Translations under genes and position numbers: made by a program
The notes under the pieces: model-generated
Seen by the model: the letters and a program-made list of their open reading frames with translations, nothing else
What the model was told of the DNA's origin: nothing
Database searches by the model: none
Source of the DNA: Octopus vulgaris
Taxonomy: Eukaryota
Direction of reading: 5' to 3'
Assembly (NCBI GenBank): GCA_951406725.2
Contig: OX597837.1
Coordinates: 16,430,001-16,494,000 of the forward strand
Length of the DNA: 64,000 nt
In this document: positions 52,612 to 64,000 of the stretch, one piece after another
Layout: every line of letters starts with the position of its first letter
Position numbering within the stretch: the first letter of the stretch is position 1

Positions 52612-52753
52612 AAAGATTCACTATAAAATTATCTTAGCATTTTCTATTTTTGACTTGTTTTTTCATATATATCAACTTGTGTGTTCCTTTCCACCCTTAT
52701 ACATATATATATATATATATGTATATATATGTATATTATACTTATATTATATA

Positions 52754-54002
52754 CCGTAAAAACCCATGTAATTTGCACACCTGTGTAATTTACACCTGTG
52801 TAATCACCTGTGTGATTTTCAGGATAAAAGTTGTAAAAAAAAGCTTGTACCCATGTACAATTTGCACCCAAAAGTTTTCAGAATTGCCAATATAGCCAGG
52901 GGGAAAAGGTTTTCAATTTAGTTGTATTTAGCATAATTTCACTTATGATTAGATTTTATCAAATTTTCAATAAATTAAAATAATTTCTGTTTAACAGTTT
53001 CACACATTACAAAATGTTTGTGTTGTTTATAATAAACTTTATTTTACATTTCTTGTCCAAAAGAGATTAAGTTCGATCTTTTAGTATACTGCTCCATGTT
53101 TTCTCAAATCACAATCACAGGAAAAGTTGTTGATAAGAATTGCTAACAAAAACAATGCTGATAAATACACACAGGTGTTGCAAATTAAGTTTAATCACCA
53201 ATAAACATCGGTTTTGATGACACTTTACTCAACCAACAGAAGAAGGTAACCGATCAAACTGATTATGTAAACAGAATTCTATAGAAATTTTAATCCCTTT
53301 CACACTTGTAAAATGTTAAGCAAACTTTAAAATTTCTTATTACCATTATTGTCAGTATGGGCAGAACTTACGAATCGTTTACTGCAAAGGAGAAATTAAA
53401 TATGTTGAATAAGCATTTGAATATGAGAATAGAGCTGCTGGAAGGCATTTTAATGTTAATGAAGCCAATGTTTGAAATTGGCATAAGCAGTATAACAAAT
53501 TGAAAACTGTGCCTAGTAATAAACAGACAAAAATAACAATATACAACCAAGATTATCCACATCGTTACAGTTTTTGCAGTCAGGAATATCCAGATCACTA
53601 AGTATGTCAGTGGTGATGTATTGCGATAGGTAGAAACTCCAAGCAATGTAAAATATGGTCTGGACCATGTTTACCAGAATGATCATCAAACTTCAAAAAG
53701 TAGTTAAGCATTTAACAGTTTTAGTAAATTTATATAGAAAAAGTAGGCATTATACCATCCAGCATAAATAAAAGTCAACTTCATTTTATTTAAGCCATTA
53801 TTTTTTTCTGTAAAAAACCTATTCTGGCATTAAATGAATCAACTTCTTGTATGAATGTTTACATTTTGTACGTCTTTGATCAACAAAAAAATTTTCAAAG
53901 AAATTCTGGAAACAATCTACTCATGTAATTTACGCACCCCCTAAAGTTTATTGTTTTTTTATTTTTGTGAAAAAAAGTGTGTAAATTACATGGGTTTTTA
54001 CG

Positions 54003-54003
<1 letters not shown>
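52754..54003 (+). mobile_element. pogo/Tigger-like non-autonomous DNA transposon
   Basis: TIRs ccgtaaaaacccatgtaattt / aaattacatgggtttttacgg, preceded by TA; N-terminal HTH remnant SFTAKEKL...ENRAAGRHFNVNEANV at ~53360-53480. Confidence 0.85.
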
Positions 54004-54045
<42 letters not shown>

Positions 54046-54639
54046 CATACGACAATGGAGAAAGCTGCTTACTAATTAGGTATGTAACAATTATCAAAAA
54101 TATTAAATGAAAGCAATATTAAAAGCTTGACTGTCAGGAAATGTTTTTATAAATTCATATTCTAAGAAATTGCTTATAATTTCAATTTCTGAAGTTTATT
54201 GAATTTTTAAATTCTGCATTCACTGTGCTCAATTCTCCATACATTTAAATATTTATTGCATTCAAAGCGGAGTAGATCTTAATGCTTAATAATAAACACT
54301 ATTAATTCGTTGCAGGCAACATTTTATGATTTTATTTGCAACAGTCTCTCATTCTTATTCACCCCTATTTTCATTAACGATAATTTAATAAAAGCTATAC
54401 AACTTTGATACGAGACACAATTTCAAGAATCTTATCAGTTTCTAGAGTTTGTTAAATGAATATTTTTTATAAAAGGGAAATTCTTTAATATACCGGTATA
54501 ATTTTTTTGTTTTAAATGAAGAAGTGATTTTGTTGGTAAAAGCCTTACAATAATAACTATGTGATCACTGCTATTTCTAGCATGCTAAACAAGATAGTTT
54601 TTAACGAGCTTTTGTTTACATATAATATGCAACTGAAAA

Positions 54640-55455
54640 AGAAAATTTAGCAGCAAAGGCATAATGGCAGAGAGAAAGATGGCCAACTGAATCAAGGCAA
54701 AGCAACTGAAACAGATGCCTGAATATGCATGGAGATGTAGACCTGAATCTGTTTCCACTACACATGACAGACTGGTTGGAGAGTATCTCGAGGAGAATAT
54801 TCTACTTCAAAATAATGGTGTCAGATCACAAATTGTTGATGCAACACTAAAGAGACCTTTTCTTTGCGATCATGTGGAAGTAGTGGAGTTGACAACCAAT
54901 CTAAGACTTCTTACAAATGGTCATTCTGATGAAAGAGAGTTTGCTAATTACCTTCTTGATATAGGAAATGGTAATGTTTTTGTTGAACAAAGCCTAAGTG
55001 AATTCAAAATCAAACTACCCAATGACCCTTGCCTTGAAAGTGGTACTCTTTCAGATCTATATGATTTTGTATATGCTGACCTCAAAAGAAACTTTGCAAA
55101 CCCTGTGTGGCTTGCAAATCAAACCATCATGACACAACAAATGAAGCAGCACAATTTGTGAATGATTTTCTGTTGACCATGATCCCTGGTGAGCTAAAAA
55201 TTTACAGAAGTTCAGATACACTTGAAAATGAAACTCTGTAGCCAATTGAGTTCATCAACAAACTAACACCATCAGGCTTTCCACTATACATTCACAAACT
55301 GAATGAAAAAAATGATGCATAATGCTTCTGAGAAATTTACATGTTACTAATGGACATTGCAGTGGCACACACTACATCATTGTCAGTTTACATGATCATG
55401 TTATTGAGGTTGCTTCTGGTCCCTATGCAGGATCAGCTCTGCTAATCTCAGGAAT
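54640..55455 (+). mobile_element. Helitron PIF1-like helicase fragment (pseudogenised)
   Basis: LTTNLRL...EFANYLLDIGNG, PIEFINKLTPSGFP and MLLRNL..TNGHCSGT are typical Helitron RepHel helicase motifs; stops and frameshifts present. Confidence 0.85.
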
Positions 55456-55529
55456 ATATATACATATGCAGCCTCACCCTCATATACACCTAGGTGCTTA
55501 CATGCATACACGTAATACACACATATATA

Positions 55530-55576
<47 letters not shown>

Positions 55577-55899
55577 TAACATATATTCACACTCTTGCTT
55601 ACACACACCCGCACATATACAAACATATGCATATCCATATAAGTGAAGGGGGCATGTGCACATGAAAATCGCACATATGCACCGGAAGGCATTCACTCAT
55701 ATGCATACATATACACACACAAATACATGCATATTATACATACATACACACACACACATATAAAAAGGGAAAAATATATATAAAAAACAAAAATGAAAAT
55801 AAAAAATAAGTTTAAAATTAAAAATTTATGCGAGTTAAAATGTATGGAAAAGTTTGAGCAGGAACATAGTAGAAATGTGAACTCTAGCTGTGATCTTGT

Positions 55900-57000
55900 A
55901 GGGTCCAAAACTGTAACAGGTAAAGAGTTCAGTTCTTGAATTTAAACATGTAGCAGGGTCTAAGGAACTTTTCCAGATGAGCCATCTTTCCATGTTAGAA
56001 AGACTGCATTTGCTACTACCTTTGGTATAAGGGTTACACTTGGCTAAGCTCTTCCAGTAAATACTGTAGTTGATACCTTGTTCTTTTAAGAGCCATATAT
56101 AACTAGATAACTTGGTAGTTTTTGTTTATTCCAATGCCTGAAGCTTAAGGTGTGATTGTTAAATCTTGCTTTAAAATTTCCCTCTATGAAACCCATATAT
56201 CTTTCGGGTGAAACTGTATTATTAGTGTTAGTGGAATTTACAGTAGCCTCATAAATAATGACCTCAGTTATGCAGACTCATTTAGTGGGCACAGGTCTCT
56301 ATTCCTGCAGGAACAACCGGTTTCGTGGTGTTGTATTGTTTGTTTGTGATTATGCATTTAAAATTTGGTGTGGAACTAAAAGTAATTTTTAGGTTATACC
56401 TATTAAAGAGTTTTCTATATTTGTGATGTATAGGAAAATGTCTATCTAGAAGTGACAAGAAATATTTACCTATATTAAAGGTCACTTTGGGGGAGTTAGG
56501 GGATGTGAACCAGATAATTTCCCTGTGTTTATGTTTCCTTTTCTTTATTTCTGGTCTAATAGTAGGGGTGTAACCTCTATTTCCTCTTTAAATCCACTGG
56601 CTTTAAGGGCATTGTTATATAGGGGAGGGGATGCAGCATTATTAAATATGTTTATATTGGAGGAGAGGCTAGAAATTCTCCTACTAATGTTCATAACTAA
56701 ATTCTTAATCCCTATAGGGGTGGCAGGAACTTACATTAATATAACTAAGTCTATCATTAGGCTTTCTATAGGGTTTGTAAATATTCTCTTGCAAATCTAG
56801 AGATACAACAAGGAAATCGACAACTGTCAGGTTGGTATCTAAAGCTATCTTAAGATCGATTGAATGTGTTCATAAGTTGGATAATATCCTTCCTTAAACG
56901 ATCTTGCGCTGGTCCATTGGCATTCTTAGTTAAAGCTAGAGCATTGTCCCTATAAATAGCAAAATATACATCAGGAAAGGTTTTTCCTGACATGTTGAGC
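55900..57000 (-). mobile_element. Decayed Penelope-like element (RT C-terminus + GIY-YIG)
   Basis: Reverse strand AIYRDNAL (degenerate YRDD), TFNIGKYFLSLLDRHFP.HHKYRKLFNR and VIIYEATV...YMGFIEGNFKARFNNH. Confidence 0.85.
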
Positions 57001-57068
57001 AGCAATATATATATGGTATTATATTTGAGAAGAATAACATGGAATAACCTAACGATATGTCTATTTTA

Positions 57069-57153
57069 CTCCTCTGATGAGATTTTACCCAATAAAATGT
57101 TTTAATTACTAAAATTTAATTCTTTTGGGCAAAATTGAAATACCTGTAAGTGA
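57069..57153 (+). ncRNA. Hammerhead-like motif with a canonical core and long stem II, in an inverted pLTR
   Basis: CTGATGA (57074-80), gattttacccaa...ttgggcaaaatt, GAAA tacct GTA ag; stem I is weak or decayed; abuts the 5' end of the minus-strand PLE. Confidence 0.55.
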
Positions 57154-57238
57154 ACATGTCGAATTTTTGCAGCTAATAAATTATATTAAAGCTACATCTC
57201 CAATTTGTGGATTTTAATTTGTGTGTGTGCGTGTGTGC

Positions 57239-57281
<43 letters not shown>

Positions 57282-59131
57282 AACATAACATGGCAGTCCT
57301 GCAAAGGATAATATTACTGTTGAAAACCTCTTTTCCAGCTGGCTAACAACACAGTTTGTGTCCATATTTCGCATTGGCAAGGGAGGCCATCACTCCCATC
57401 TCTAGCCTTATGTGATACTCACACACCTAGCTTTCTGGATATTATCTGTCGTCAGTGTGAGACAATCACCAGCTACTAAATCACTAGAACTGAAACTAGC
57501 AACACTATTATAAATACCTACAGAATTTATTTCCTTCTTTCAAGCTATTTACTGTATTTCCTATTTATAAATCATTAACAGTGTTATGTTCACTATACTT
57601 AGCTTAATTAACAATTATTTAATGATTAGTATTTCAACAGGACAGCATTACTAGATTATCATTATTTATGGTTATTATAGGCTTTTGTACAAGTAGCATG
57701 ATGTGGTAAACAACAGCATTATTATTGTAAATATATTATAAATAAATATCAAAATTGTTATAGTCACAAGTCTTATTCATTCTTTGTTGTTTGCTTTTAT
57801 TGCTTATTTCTAGTGTTTTGCTGAAGGTGGCAAACTGGCAGAACTGTTAGCACATTAGAGAAAGTGCTTAGCAGCATTTTTTCTGGCTTTGTGTTCTGAG
57901 TTCAAATTCGACTGAGGTTGACTTTGTCTTTTATCCCTTCAGGGTTGATGAAAATAAGTACCAGCTGAACACTGGAAGGATTGATGTAACTGACTTGTCC
58001 CTTTCCTCAAAATTTCAAGCCTCGAGCCTATAGCAGAAAGGATTATTAGAGTTTTGTTTAATGTGACTATAATTATAATTATTAGTAGTGGTATTGTTAC
58101 TGTAATTAATATGGTTTATAATAATTTTCACTATCATAAACGTATTAGTACTAATTCCATGAAAACGATAAACAATTTTCATAAATACAGGAATCTATGC
58201 CAACCCAAGTTTATTCTTGTCTCACAAACAACATGGCTGAAGTCATTCCATAATAACCTACATTTACAGAGTTCTAGGTTCCTGTAGACTAACAAACCAA
58301 TTCTAATTTGATTAGCTGTCACTAAAACTGCAATTACAACTTTATCTACATCCTTCCTCTCCAAGTTCCACAATCTGAAGAATGAACTTTGCAAAATGTA
58401 TGGTTTGTGTGGGGAGGCATAGGCATGGCTGTGAGATTAAGAAGTTCACTTGGCAACCATATGGTTCCAGGTTCAGTCCCACTGTGTGGCACCTCGGGCA
58501 AATGTTTTATACTATAGATCTAGGTCAACCAGTGCCTTGTGAGTGAATTTGGTAGACAGAAACTGTGTGGTAATCATCTATTCATTCATTCATGCACACA
58601 CATATGTCTGTGTGTGTGTCTGTTTGTCCCTTGTCCCCCACCACTTGATAACTGGTGTGCTTTGTTTACATCCCTCTAATGAATCAATTCAGGAAAAGTG
58701 TCTGATAAATTAATTACCAAACTTAAAATTTCTTCTTTCACAAAACCCTTCAAGGCGGAGCCCAAGCGCAGCCACAGGCCAATGACTCAACCAATTAAAT
58801 GGTAAAAGATTCTCTTATCCAAATGTCAATCCAGATACTCCCAGTTCAAGCTGATTACTAGGAAACTTAGTGAAATTATTAACATTTCGTTTAATCTCTT
58901 TTTTTTTTTTTGTAATTTAAGGAGGATTTTCTCAAATTTTCTGATTTTTTTACCTTTGATTTGAAAGTGCACCAAACTTGTTCTACATGTGTTGATAGTT
59001 CTTTTAGGGGTTATTTGAGCATGCTTTTCTGTCTTCCTTTTTTTTTGGTGGGGGGAACTTTCATTGCCAACTCTGAATAAGACTTGTTATACTCAATGAA
59101 ACAGATTATCACTGATAGAACTAAACATTTA

Positions 59132-59162
<31 letters not shown>

Positions 59163-59164
59163 GA

Positions 59165-59425
59165 AGATAATGTAAATCATTGTTGGGTCCTTGGGGACAG
59201 TATCAGAACGCATCAAGAGGAATATAAAGGAAATCGCAATAGAGTGCCCAGTAGAACTGTTACAAAATGTCCTTGGTATGGTGAGAATAATAGGGAAAGT
59301 GTAATCCCAAAAGTATTGGCTAGATGAAAAGAACACAGAGCATGGTACCATAGGCTGCGAGCAACAAGCCTGCTATGCTTGCAAGACTCCAAGAGTTCCT
59401 ACAAAACCTGAGATAAAAAGAAATA
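59165..59425 (+). mobile_element. 3' fragment of an R4/Dong-like (REL-endonuclease) non-LTR element in a (TAA)n tract
   Basis: Reads IIVGSLGTVSERIKRNIKEIAIECPVELLQ..LGMVRIIGKV, like the R4/Dong C-terminal motif; (taa)n on both flanks. Confidence 0.55.
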
Positions 59426-62108
59426 ATAATAATCCTTTCTACTATAGGCACAAGACCTGAAATTTTGGGGGAGGGGAATAGTCGATAACCTTGACCCCCA
59501 GTATTTGACTGGCACTTAATTTATCAACCTTGAAAGGATGAAAGGCAAAACTGACTTCAGACTCAGAATGTAGTCACAGCACACTGGACGAAATGCTAAG
59601 CGGTATTTTGTCTAATGATTCTGCTAGCCTGTTGCCTTAACAATAATAATAATAATGGTTTCAAATTTTTCCACAAAGGCAACCATTTTGGGGGAGGGGA
59701 TAAGTTAAATTACATGGACCTCCCCCCAGTATACTTAATATATCGACTCCAAAAGGATGAAAGGCAAAGTTGTAGTGCTGGGCGAAATAACACTAAGCAT
59801 TTCATCCGGTGTGCTAATGATTCTGCCAGCTCTCCACTTTAATAATGATAATAACGATCCTTTCTACTATTATAGGCACAAGGCCTGAAATTTAATTTTT
59901 TTTTTGGGGGGGGGTAGTTGATTACATTGACACTAGCGCTCAACTGGTACTTAATTTATTGACCCCGGAAGGAGGAAAGGCACAAGCATACAGACACTCA
60001 CACATACATGTATATACAGTAGGTTGCTTTCAATTTACATCTACCAAATCTACTCACAAGGCTTTGGTCAACCTAGAGCTAAGGCAGAAGACACACCCCT
60101 AAAGTCCCATGGAGGGAACTGAACCTGAATTCATGTGACTGGGAAGCAAAATAAGTTAAAAAAAAGAAAAAAAGCAAACATCCAAATTCCTATTTTCTTA
60201 AGTATCCTGAGTCTAACATCAGTTGGAAGAAATCTTCAGTGTAATTAAAGAGGGTTTTGTTTAACAAGGAATGCATTACAAATTAATGTAAAACCCCTTG
60301 CATTTATGTGGTGCAGTAGTACTATTTATGGTTGTTGTTACACTGTTGTTGCTAGATAAATGGAGATAAAGACAACAAAATAGGGTACCTGAGAATATTA
60401 CACAAGTTGAAATCCACTTCTCAGCTGCAAACTGGCACTCATGATAACATCATTGTTGACTGGCTGCAGTTGGATATAGTAAGCACAACATTTTTACCCC
60501 ACTTGCTGCTTTATGGAGTGTGTCAAGATGTCAATTTCTGAAAATAAAATAATTTAATATTAATTATATCATCATCATCATAATAATAATCATCATTAAT
60601 GTTTCCACTTGCATTTTTCATGCTTACATGAGTCAGATGAAATTTATTGAAAAAGATTTTTTATGGCTGGATGCTCTTCCTGTCACCAGTCTTTACCTAT
60701 TTCCAAGCAAAGCTACATCTTTACTTAGTCCAGATATGTATTCATGGAAGAGTGCAAACAAACAACACTGCTTGTATGATGGTACATCTGTTGACAATTT
60801 GTGCAGGAGATTGAGACAAGGACACATACACACACTTGATAAGTTCCTTTAGTTTCCACCTGGTTCTCAAACAGGGTCCATATAAAATGGCAGGAGGGAC
60901 ACAAGAAGAATAATAAACTGAGTTCATGAAAATTTTTTACTGCAAGAAGTAGCTATGGTTCTTTCTATGATGTTTTGTATAGTTCAGCTTACACAAGTGA
61001 ATGTAAGATAGACAAAATAGGAATTTTGAAAGAAGTATCTATAAAACTAGATTTTAAACATAAAATGGCTGTGTGGGTCCACCAGAGTAAAATAGTAATT
61101 AAAGGGGTCATAGATAAAATGTGCTTGAGAATCACTTTGCTAAATTCACTCACAAGATTTTGACTGACCAAGGGCTGTAAATAGAAGATGCTTTCTTAAA
61201 GTGTCACACAATGAGACTGAACTCAATGCCATGAGATTTTGAAGTAAGCATCTTAACAATACAACCAAGTCCGTACACCTACATCTGTCGATACTTCCTG
61301 TCAACAAATCATCCACAAGCTCTACACTTTAGAAAATACAATCCCTTAAAAAACGTGCAAGTGACAGGATGAGCATCCAGCTGTAAAACCCCTGCCTAAA
61401 TTTCCTGCTATCTAAGCTAGCGTAACATGGGGAAGTAGACATTAGAACAAGCCACCTGAAGCTCCATCCTTGTGGATAAAAGACAAAGGAAGAAAACAAG
61501 GATAGTACGATCAACTCTGATCAACCTCCTTTGCTCTGCAGCCTCTATGGTCTGTTTGTTCCGATGTGCACGTGTTAGGCATCAACAAGCCTGCAACAGA
61601 CATGGCCACTCCCCTCCATAAATCTTTGCTCATGAAGCCAAACCAAGAATGATATATATCTATATATATATATATATCTATATATATATATCTATATATA
61701 CATATAGAAAATATTTCTCCAGCGTTCACTATTTTACCCTTGTTCTGGTCTAATGACCCTCCATGCTTGTTGACATTCGGTTTCATTGTATGTCTCCACT
61801 ATCCTGGTTTTGTTCCAAACTTTGACCTTCCAAAAATTCCAAATTATATTTTGGTACTTATGCTAGCAACTGTCTTCGAAGACTCATGTTGTCGTCCAGT
61901 GCTTGAAATGATGAGTAGATAGACAGCCGACAACCGATGAAGGGCTGTTCTATATGTTACTTGTCCTGTTTTCCTTTTGTTTCTCTCAGTGTTTGCATAT
62001 TGAACTTATTTGTTTTCGTATTTCATGTTGTTTACTGTTGGTGATGTCCTGTACCCAATATGCATGTGTGTGTGTGCTATCTATCTATCTAGCTATCTCT
62101 CTCTCTTC

Positions 62109-62151
<43 letters not shown>

Positions 62152-63134
62152 TACTGTACAAAAAGTGTACTCCACCTGGTGAGAGATGAATATGATTTAA
62201 TAAACACATGTTTTTATGTACTATGGTTACTATTAGTCTCATGTGATGAAAACATGCCAGAAATGCTTTAAAATGTTGTCTGACACGCTTTCATTGCACG
62301 AAACTAATAGTAGCACATAGAAACATATATTGTGTTTATTAAATAATATCTGTGTATGTGCGTTCGCATATTACACACACGCACATGAGAGAAAGCAGGA
62401 ATACTAGATATGGCAACCTCAAAAGAAAGAAAGAACTCAATACAAATGTATAAATCTATATCAAGAAAATTAAAGATCCAATTCTCAAAGTGACTGACCA
62501 ATTTATTCCTATTTGGAAAGTCTGAAAACTTCCAACAGGAGGGATGTCTGCCTGTAGAAAATCTGCTTTAATAAACTACACTTAACCCATGCAAGAATGG
62601 GAAAAGCAGATGTTAAAACAATGACGATGATGATGATATACACACATACAACAGGCTTCTTTCAGTTCAAATTGACTAAGAGCTGTTTTCCCTAAAATAA
62701 TACAGGCAGTCCCATACTAAATTTGCAAGAAATTAGCACACACAAATATTTTAACATAATTCCTCAAAATAATTCATTCACAGAAAATTTTTAAAAGACA
62801 CCCCCCTCCCAAACAAAACATTAAACACAAAGAAAAATCTTTAAAAAAGTCAAAGTCTATTTTACAGAGAAGGTTTAGAGGTGAATATGTGTTGAGTGAA
62901 AGTGAAAGAAGATTTTCTTTAGAAGATTGCTTAATATAACAGAAGTGACATCAGTTAAATAAATTCTAAGGTAACATAACTGGGGTGAGGAGGTACACAA
63001 CCTGAAGGATGTTTTACCTGAATGCCTGGCTGAGTTCTAGCTGAATCATCAACACTGTATCCCAATCCCATACTCTTACTATCCATACTCATCAATTAAG
63101 AAATAGGACAATGAGGAGAGAAGAGGACAAGGTG

Positions 63135-63171
<37 letters not shown>

Positions 63172-64000
63172 GTAAGTGAAGGTGAATGAATGTAGCACAC
63201 GCTCACCCAGGGTCTGCATTTATACATTACAACTGTTGAGTGACAAATCATCCATCAAGTTAACCTGCCTCGAATCAGGGTTTTGGAATCTGTTTTTGAA
63301 GACGAAGAAAACTGCCGATTACGTGCACACACTCACACACACACGTACGTGTGAGAGAGAGAGAGAGAGAGAGAGGGGTGAGGGACAGATGTGAATGCAA
63401 CTACCATTCACTGAAGTGTTTATGCCTTTCACAACAGCAATATTAAAGTACACTGCTTATGCATTTTAATTAAATGAAAATTATCAATATTTGGAGAGAT
63501 GGGTTTGGAACATAGAAGTTCTTTCATAAAATTTATAATGAAAGGTTTTAATTAAAGTCTGAACACTTAAAAGTGAGAGACTACAAAGTCCAGGCTGTCT
63601 CGGGCAGGTTGATATTGAAAGAGTTAATTGGAATTTACTTCATTATTGTAAATATCACAAATTCCCAAAAGCTTTCAAGAAAGGGCTTCTGCCAAAGGTC
63701 CGAGAGTGGAAGGAGACATTTATGGTGTTAAACAGATAAAGACAAAGTTTTCCCCAATTTGACCATAACTGGATTGTATTTCAGTACATTTCTCTTTAAT
63801 CAGAGCTTAGCAGGGGCGAAACAGGAATAACAACAAATTACCTACAATGAACCTAAGACCTCTGAGCTAGTACCTCAATACCATATCACTTTGCCACTTT
63901 ATTTCTACCCGTAGAAAGATAAGCACACAAGTCCACCCCTTATATGTGTGCGTGTGTGTGTGTGTGTGTGTGTGCGCGTCTGTTTATTTGCTTGCTTGTA

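Larger units (their letters stand above)
50316..52664 (+). mobile_element. 5'-truncated Penelope-like element (Neptune-like RT + GIY-YIG) with an inverted 5' pLTR
   Basis: RT GTAMGT...WKRYLDD...LPFLD (ORF 50597-51154), thumb (51151-51534), CGRPNCGIC linker and GIY-YIG NLIYSLTCSGCQEQYIGQT (to 51978); one frameshift and one stop. 50316-50634 is the reverse complement of 52346-52664. Confidence 0.95.

Overview
AT-rich, repeat-saturated eukaryotic DNA. The SINE/LINE repertoire and the (TA)n/(CA)n/(CAT)n load look like an octopus-type cephalopod genome; this is an inference from repeat families, not verified. The one confidently supported host gene is a Siah/sina-family RING E3 ubiquitin ligase on the minus strand. 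It has 6 core coding exons (47486-47537, 38538-38696, 34606-34738, 29191-29297, 24314-24506, 21830-22007; 822 nt, 273 aa, all GT-AG with consistent phases) plus a candidate frame-preserving 75-nt cassette exon (39492-39566). The rest is mostly transposon-derived: RTE-like LINEs and their truncated 3' tails, tRNA-derived SINEs, two Gypsy LTR elements (one young, GC-rich and non-autonomous), two Penelope-like elements with inverted pLTRs carrying hammerhead-ribozyme motifs (one a U3-A8 core variant on the Siah sense strand), mariner/pogo/hAT/piggyBac-like elements, Helitron remnants and several long palindromes. A chain of short exon-like islands downstream of Siah (16.3 kb to the left edge) may be a spliced non-coding 3' extension or a lncRNA.
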